NCBI GenBank assembly: GCA_964348225.1
Contig: CAYGBM010000025.1
Span: 1-60,960 of the forward strand
Source of the DNA: an uncultured Candidatus Saccharibacteria bacterium
GTDB taxonomy: Bacteria; Patescibacteriota; Minisyncoccia; Minisyncoccales; CG1-02-41-26
DNA: 60,960 nucleotides
Direction of reading: 5' to 3'
Shown here: positions 54,460 to 60,960 of the stretch, one piece after another
Layout: every line of letters starts with the position of its first letter
Position numbering within the stretch: position 1 is the first letter of the stretch
Notes under the pieces: generated by a model
Database searches by the model: none
Seen by the model: the letters and a program-made list of their open reading frames with translations, nothing else
Told to the model about the DNA's origin: nothing
Made by a program: the position numbers and the translations under genes

Positions 54460-55548
54460 ATGAAAAAAGCTTTAATTACAGGGATTACAGGGCAAGACGG
54501 TTCGTATCTGGCTGAGTTTTTGTTAGAGAAGAGCTATCAGGTTCACGGGATTAAACGTCGCGCCTCTTCTTTTAATACCGAGAGGATTGATCATTTATAC
54601 CAAGACCCTCATGATAAAGATAGAAAATTGATTCTGCATTACGGAGATATGACCGATGCTACCAACTTGATAAGAATTGTTCAGAAAGTGCAGCCAGATG
54701 AGATTTACAACTTAGCGGCGCAGAGCCATGTTCAGGTTTCTTTTGAAAAACCCGAATATACATCAAACACCGATGCTTTGGGGACTTTGAGGTTATTGGA
54801 GGCTATCCGTATTCTTGGCTTGCGAAACAAAACAAAATTTTATCAAGCATCAACCAGCGAATTATTTTCTGGAAGGCCCGGCGAGGCTTCCCAAAACGAG
54901 AAAACACCATTTTATCCTCGCAGCCCCTATGCAGTGGCTAAATTATATGCTTATTGGATAACCGTTAACTATCGGGAGGCTTATAATATTTTCGCTTGCA
55001 ACGGTATAATCTTTAATCATGAAAGTCCCCGGAGGGGAGAAACCTTTGTTACTAGAAAGATTACCCGGGCAGTTGCTAGAATTAAACTGGGGTTGCAGGA
55101 TAAGTTATATTTGGGCAATCTAAGTGCCAAAAGGGATTGGGGGCACAGTAAAGATTGTGTCAGAGCTATGTGGTTAATGCTCCAGCAGCCAGAACCCGAT
55201 GATTATGTGATAGCAACGGGAGAGCAGCATTCCGTGAGAGAGTTTTGTGAGCTTGCTTTCAAGGAGGTAGGGATTAACCTTAACTGGCAAGGCAAAGGAA
55301 GGGAAGAGAGGGGAATAGATGCGAAAACAAACAGGGTTTTGGTTGAAGTTGACCCTAGGTACTTTCGTCCAACCGAGGTTGAGTCCTTATTGGGTGATTT
55401 TGGCAAGGCCAAAGAAAAACTTGGCTGGCAGCCAAAGATAAGTTTTCAAGAATTAGTTAAGGGAATGGTTCAATCGGATTTAAAAGAAGCCGAAAGAAAG
55501 GCTCATCTGAAGAAAGGGGGCTTTGAGGTGCAAAACCGTTTTGAATAA
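54460..55548 (+). CDS. gmd: GDP-mannose 4,6-dehydratase
   Basis: [49 protein letters not shown]. The ATG is at 54460. Confidence 0.9.
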   Translation: MKKALITGITGQDGSYLAEFLLEKSYQVHGIKRRASSFNTERIDHLYQDPHDKDRKLILHYGDMTDATNLIRIVQKVQPDEIYNLAAQSHVQVSFEKPEYTSNTDALGTLRLLEAIRILGLRNKTKFYQASTSELFSGRPGEASQNEKTPFYPRSPYAVAKLYAYWITVNYREAYNIFACNGIIFNHESPRRGETFVTRKITRAVARIKLGLQDKLYLGNLSAKRDWGHSKDCVRAMWLMLQQPEPDDYVIATGEQHSVREFCELAFKEVGINLNWQGKGREERGIDAKTNRVLVEVDPRYFRPTEVESLLGDFGKAKEKLGWQPKISFQELVKGMVQSDLKEAERKAHLKKGGFEVQNRFE

Positions 55549-55551
55549 TAA

Positions 55552-56508
<957 letters not shown>

Positions 56509-56527
56509 CTCCTTCCAGAGAAACCTT

Positions 56528-57838
56528 TTACTCTTTTCTGAAGAAAAGGTAAAAGGTTTTTAATAATATTCCAAGGTCCAAGAGAAAGGACCTGTTTTTA
56601 ATATAGTAAAGGTCGTATTGGACTTTCTCTCTGCTGTCTTCTAATGTTCTGGTGTACCTGAACTTTATCTGCGCCCAGCCGGTAAAACCAGGTCTTACCA
56701 TATGACGTAAATGATAGAAGGGAATTTCTTTTTCAAGCTTTTTTACAAATTCTGGTCTTTCAGGTCGTGGTCCTACCATGGAAAGTTCTCCCTTGAGAGT
56801 ATTAAGCATTTGGGCAGTTTCGTCTAGGTGTAACCTTCGTAAGATCCTTCCAATTCTCGTTACTCTGGGGTCTTTTTCTTTTGCCCAAACAGCCTCTCCC
56901 TTTTCAGCTCCCACCTTCATTGACCTGAATTTAATTAACCAGAAAATTTTCTTGTCTTTTCCCATTCTTTGCTGCTTGTAAAAAACTGGACCTTTATCTT
57001 CGAGCTTGATGATAATAGAAAAAATCAACCAGAAAGGAGAAACGATTGCAATAATCAAGCTTGCCAAAATAATATCACCAATTCTTTTTGCTTGATCAAA
57101 AACAGTTTTTTCCCCCTCCCTTAAATTTTCTAAGAACCAACCTTTGTCTATAAAATCAATAGGAATTTTTTGGAGTATCCTTTCATAAAACTGGGCTAGG
57201 TCCACAAAATTTATTCTCAAAGGCAAACATTTATAAAGGCTTTTGGTTAATCTTGGGTTTCCATTAAGTTCGCTTGCAATAACCAAAGTTTCGATTTTGT
57301 TTTTTTCTATCTGAGAGAAAATATTTTTACCTGGGTCCAAAAACTTAACCACTTTATAGCCTAACTGGGGATTAGCTTTAATTTCTTTAGCTATTTTTTT
57401 AACCAGACTGCCCTTTCCCAAAAAGGCTAAATTTCGTAGATATAAAGAGGAGAAAAGGAAATAAAAAAGCCTTCGCCAAGATAGGGCAAAAACAGCGAAT
57501 ATGACAATATTTAAAAAGAGATTTGTTTTGGGAGTAATACCAAAGAGAGGAACAAGATAGAAAAAGATTAGCCCAATAATTAAACAAGTTAAAAAGCATT
57601 GTCCCGCCCTAATGAAAAAGGCTATTTTCGGCCGGATTAAATTTAGATCATAAAGCCCAAATACGTAGAAAAAGATGAGCCAAGCAAGGTATAGTATGGA
57701 AAAGGGAAGCAAATGTTGCTGGAGAATCTGCCAGCTAAAACGTCCCCAGAACCCGATTCTCACTGTTATTAGTAAAGCTAAAAAAGCTAAGATGATGTCT
57801 CCAAAAAACAATACAGCTTGTCTGATTTTTCTTTTCAT
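56528..57838 (-). CDS. Polyprenyl-phosphate glycosyl-1-phosphate transferase (bacterial sugar transferase family)
   Basis: PVFYKQQRMGKDKKIFWLIKFRSM, RVTRIGRILRRLHLDE and LSMVGPRPERPEF. Confidence 0.85.
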   Translation of the reverse strand: MKRKIRQAVLFFGDIILAFLALLITVRIGFWGRFSWQILQQHLLPFSILYLAWLIFFYVFGLYDLNLIRPKIAFFIRAGQCFLTCLIIGLIFFYLVPLFGITPKTNLFLNIVIFAVFALSWRRLFYFLFSSLYLRNLAFLGKGSLVKKIAKEIKANPQLGYKVVKFLDPGKNIFSQIEKNKIETLVIASELNGNPRLTKSLYKCLPLRINFVDLAQFYERILQKIPIDFIDKGWFLENLREGEKTVFDQAKRIGDIILASLIIAIVSPFWLIFSIIIKLEDKGPVFYKQQRMGKDKKIFWLIKFRSMKVGAEKGEAVWAKEKDPRVTRIGRILRRLHLDETAQMLNTLKGELSMVGPRPERPEFVKKLEKEIPFYHLRHMVRPGFTGWAQIKFRYTRTLEDSREKVQYDLYYIKNRSFLLDLGILLKTFYLFFRKE

Positions 57839-57915
57839 AAAGTTATTTTAGCTGAAAAAGCCTGAAAAGCCAAGCCTGCCCTTGCTTTTTCGTCCAAAAA
57901 TATTAAGATAATCTA

Positions 57916-60399
57916 ATGGGTAAAAAATCAAGCGAGAAAAAACAAAGAAGAGAACAGCAGGAACAAGGTATTGAAAATGGATCTGAGCAGCATAAGTCAA
58001 CCCTGGAGCGCGTCCTTGTAGAAATTATCCGTTTTGCAACCTATTGCGCTTTATTTACACCTCTTTTTCTGAGTGTTAAGTTCTATTTCCCGTTTGTTGG
58101 TCCAAAGAGTCTGTATTTAATGGGTGGTTGCCAGATCGTTTTTTTTGCTTGGCTGATCTTGGCAATTTATTTTAAAAAGTATAGGCCCAAGCTGAATGTT
58201 GTCCTTTTGGCCTTGGTTTTCTTCTTGTTTGTTATGCTGTTGAGTTCGGTTTTTGGCATAGACTTCTCACGGTCTTTCTGGTCAAAGTATGAAAGGATGA
58301 CAGGGCTTTTAGTGTGGCTTCATTTGTTTGGTTTCTTTTTGGCAGTTTCTTGCACGTTTAAAAAAGAGTCAGACTGGAAAAAGATTTTCACTGTCTCTAT
58401 TTTTGTTTCCGTTTTGGTATCTATAAATTCCCTGCTGGAAAGACAAGGCATTGAACCTTTTGTTTTCTCGCCTCGGGGCGGAGCTACCTTGGGCAACAGC
58501 TCCTTTCTTGGCACCTACTTGATGTTCAATGTCTTTTTGGCGTTGTATCTTTTTTTCCGTGGCCTTCAATTGAAAAGACTTGACTGGAAGTCATTGGTAT
58601 TTAAAGCAATACCCTTACTTGCTGTTTTTTTGGGGATTTTAGCTATGTATTATGAAAAAAGTCAAGCTGCTTTGCTTTCAACGTTAGGAGGGTTCGTCCT
58701 TATATTTTTACTTTGGTTAAGTTTCAAGTTCAGGTACAAAATAGGCCGAGTTTTTGGAAAAGTTCTTTTAGCTTTTTCTGTGCTTCTTGTAATTGCGGTT
58801 TTTATTATGCTTTTTCAGCCAGAAAGCTTTGTTCATCAAAAGTTTGCTAGCTTAGTTACCAGAGCCCGTTTTGTAAACTGGAACACGGCTTGGCAGGGTT
58901 TTTTAGAACATAAATGGCTCGGCTGGGGTCCGGAGAACTATACCGTTGCTTTTACCAAGTTTTTTAACCCCTGTTTATTTATACCTGAGGACTGCGGAGG
59001 AGAAATCTGGTTTGACAGGTCTCACAACATTGTGTTTGATACCTTAGTGACAACAGGCATCTTGGGCTTTATTAGTTATCTTGGCTTGTTCGCTGTTCTG
59101 TTTTATCTTTTGGGGAGAAAATATTTTAAAGAAAAAACAATTGATTTTTGGACATTTGCTTTCTTCGCTACCATTCCCATAGCCTATTTTATTCAAAACC
59201 TTACTGTTTTTGATATGGCGACAAGCCTAATGATGTTTACTTTAACCCTAGGGTTCGTAGGGTTTTTAGCCTCCCTTGGCAAAGAAAAAGCTATGGAAAG
59301 GAAATTTGTACTTAAACATAGGTGGCCCATTCCTGCAATAGCTGTTATTTTTGCTCTTATGTTTTTTGAATTTGTTATTCAGCCTTTCAGGGCAGATGCC
59401 TTGGTGATTAAAGCTTTAAGTTCCCTGGAAAGTCCCACCAGAGTTGAGCTTTACAACAAAACATTGGAGACCTCTCCTTTGGGAAAATACCAAATAAGAG
59501 AATTCTTTGCCCAGCATACTCACGATTTTATACTTAATAATTTTCAAAAGATGCCAAAAGAGGATATTGTTAAGGAATTAGATTTTGTAGCTGAAACCTT
59601 GAAACAAAGCAAAAAGGAATCCCCCCTAGACTATAGGTCTGTTCTTAAATTAGCCCATGTTTACAATATTTTCGGTCTTATTGATCAAAGCCAGCTGGCT
59701 TTAGCTGAAAAATACGGCCAAGAATCAATTGAGCTTTCACCAGTCAATCAGCAGGGCTATTGGGCGCTAGCCCAAACCAAGGTTTATCAGGGAGATTTTG
59801 AGGCAGCCCTTTCTTTAGCTAAAAAAGCAATTGAGTTTGAACCGAGATGGCTGCAGTCTCATAAAATAGCTATTAGAATTGCCCAACGTTTTGGCGAGGA
59901 AGAAAAAGCAAAAGAGGTTGCTGAAAATGCTCTTGCTGTGGCCTTGGAACAAATTGCCTTGTATCCCAAGGAGTTAGTAGATTATCAAAGCAGATATCAA
60001 TCAGCTGTTGAATTTGCTGAAATAGCTGGAAATGAGGAAAAGATGAAAGAAACTGCAAGTTCCGCCCTTGAACTTGCCTTAAAACAAATTGATAATAGCC
60101 CAGAAACAGTACGGTTTTATCAATTGGCATTTTGGTTTGGTGAGAGGATTGGTAATGAAGAAAAACTAAAACAAGCAGTTCAAGAGATGCTCACTTCTCT
60201 TTTGGAGCAAATAGAACTTTACCCAGAAAGGTTAGGGCTTTACCAGGAAGCTGTGAAAATGGCTCAGAAATTGGGAGATGCCGAGCAAGCCATAGAGATT
60301 GCCAGAAAAGCGATAAATTTCAACGCCGACTGGATAGAGCATTTTAAGGATATCTTGGGAGGTTCTGCGACCACGGACTCTAACGGGCTTGACAACTGA
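57916..60399 (+). CDS. O-antigen ligase/polymerase-like (Wzy_C) membrane protein with C-terminal TPR-like repeats
   Basis: A polytopic N-terminal part with RSHNIVFDTLVTTGILG, followed by about 330 aa of helical repeats. Confidence 0.65.
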   Translation: MGKKSSEKKQRREQQEQGIENGSEQHKSTLERVLVEIIRFATYCALFTPLFLSVKFYFPFVGPKSLYLMGGCQIVFFAWLILAIYFKKYRPKLNVVLLALVFFLFVMLLSSVFGIDFSRSFWSKYERMTGLLVWLHLFGFFLAVSCTFKKESDWKKIFTVSIFVSVLVSINSLLERQGIEPFVFSPRGGATLGNSSFLGTYLMFNVFLALYLFFRGLQLKRLDWKSLVFKAIPLLAVFLGILAMYYEKSQAALLSTLGGFVLIFLLWLSFKFRYKIGRVFGKVLLAFSVLLVIAVFIMLFQPESFVHQKFASLVTRARFVNWNTAWQGFLEHKWLGWGPENYTVAFTKFFNPCLFIPEDCGGEIWFDRSHNIVFDTLVTTGILGFISYLGLFAVLFYLLGRKYFKEKTIDFWTFAFFATIPIAYFIQNLTVFDMATSLMMFTLTLGFVGFLASLGKEKAMERKFVLKHRWPIPAIAVIFALMFFEFVIQPFRADALVIKALSSLESPTRVELYNKTLETSPLGKYQIREFFAQHTHDFILNNFQKMPKEDIVKELDFVAETLKQSKKESPLDYRSVLKLAHVYNIFGLIDQSQLALAEKYGQESIELSPVNQQGYWALAQTKVYQGDFEAALSLAKKAIEFEPRWLQSHKIAIRIAQRFGEEEKAKEVAENALAVALEQIALYPKELVDYQSRYQSAVEFAEIAGNEEKMKETASSALELALKQIDNSPETVRFYQLAFWFGERIGNEEKLKQAVQEMLTSLLEQIELYPERLGLYQEAVKMAQKLGDAEQAIEIARKAINFNADWIEHFKDILGGSATTDSNGLDN

Positions 60400-60460
60400 G
60401 CCTTTATTTGCTAATATTAGAACCGTGAGGAATTACTCCAATTCGTAAATAGTCGGCAAA

Positions 60461-60491
60461 AAACCTCTTTCCAGAGGTTTTTTGCTTTTTT
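60461..60491 (+). terminator. Intrinsic terminator
   Basis: AAACCTCT-ttcc-AGAGGTTT stem followed by TTTGCTTTTTT. Confidence 0.8.
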
Positions 60492-60495
60492 CTCG

Positions 60496-60524
60496 TTGAC
60501 TATATCTTTTTGAAAGAGTACAAT
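60496..60524 (+). promoter_or_regulatory. Sigma70-type promoter (TTGACT-17-TACAAT) upstream of murB
   Basis: -35 at 60496-60501 and -10 at 60519-60524. Confidence 0.6.
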
Positions 60525-60637
60525 AAAACTGGGTCAGGAGCGTCCTCACAAAAGACTTAGAATTGGAGGCACAACCTCCTGGCCTATGCGGCTCGCCTGT
60601 TTATCTTAGGGGCGGGGCGCATAGGTAAATCCCAAAA

Positions 60638-60960
60638 ATGCAGATAGTTAAAAGAATCAAGAAAAATATTTCACTAAAAGAGCACACGACCTTCAAAATA
60701 GGGGGGCAAGCTAAATATTTTTTTGAGGCAGAAACCAAAGAAGAGGTGATTGAAACTGTTAAATGGGCAAAAGAGAACAATGTTCCTTTTTTTATTTTGG
60801 GTGGGGGAAGCAATTTGCTGGTTGTAGATAAAGGGTTTGAGGGAATAGTAATAAAAATTAAAAATTCAAAATTAAAAATTCAAAATTACAATTTAAAATT
60901 TAAAATTATTGAGTGTGGGGCTGGGGTGAAATTAGCTGATTTGGTGAAGCTTTCGGAAAA
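60638..60960 (+). CDS. murB: UDP-N-acetylenolpyruvoylglucosamine reductase, 5' part (runs off the window)
   Basis: My translation: MQIVKRIKKNISLKEHTTFKIGGQAKYFFEA..VPFFILGGGSNLLVVDKGFEGIVI, which is the MurB N-terminal FAD-domain pattern. It is absent from the ORF track because no stop codon lies in the window. Confidence 0.8.
   Translation, partial: MQIVKRIKKNISLKEHTTFKIGGQAKYFFEAETKEEVIETVKWAKENNVPFFILGGGSNLLVVDKGFEGIVIKIKNSKLKIQNYNLKFKIIECGAGVKLADLVKLSE

Overview
AT-rich bacterial window using the standard genetic code. Bacterial origin is supported by murB, a polyprenyl-phosphate sugar transferase and a Wzx flippase. The compact genes, scarce Shine-Dalgarno sites and gene content suggest a small-genome CPR/Patescibacteria-like organism, but that is inference only. 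The window has two very different parts. (1) Positions 1 to about 10017 hold an accessory array of about 12 short, functionally unrelated, mostly plus-strand genes: a circularly permuted TIM-like protein, pyrF, an ABM-like protein, an alpha/beta hydrolase, a methyltransferase, a Zn-finger peptide, a Cys-rich membrane protein, an RHH-RelE TA pair, NUDIX, a HAD-like protein and two unknowns. Each gene is bounded by a copy or variant of one conserved 65-170 nt element, made of the core GTTGTCGCATAGACGGAGCCAG, an optional 26-27 nt block and a TCCCCT/AGGGGA terminator hairpin. I count 9 full copies and 4 partial or variant copies, and I saw none in the remaining 51 kb. This looks like a cassette platform: integron-like in layout but not a textbook integron, and no recombinase gene is present in the window. 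I consider it the most interesting candidate system. (2) Positions about 10.1-60.4 kb hold a very large, mostly co-directional surface-glycan locus with many overlapping start/stop junctions. It encodes NDP-sugar enzymes, GT2/GT4 transferases, three ArnT-like GT-C enzymes with GtrA, Wzx, a Wzy/ligase-like protein with TPR repeats, a priming phosphotransferase, gmd/fcl and asnB-like genes. It also carries a nonulosonic-acid (neuC/neuB/neuA-like) sub-cluster containing a B12-radical-SAM enzyme, seven SAM methyltransferases, and a dedicated sulfur branch: sat-cysC, cysQ, an APS-reductase domain fused to a NeuA-like domain, sqdB and a sulfotransferase. That branch predicts sulfoquinovose- and/or sulfate-decorated glycans. 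The window ends in the 5' part of murB. No rRNA, tRNA, CRISPR array, transposase or integrase was recognised.
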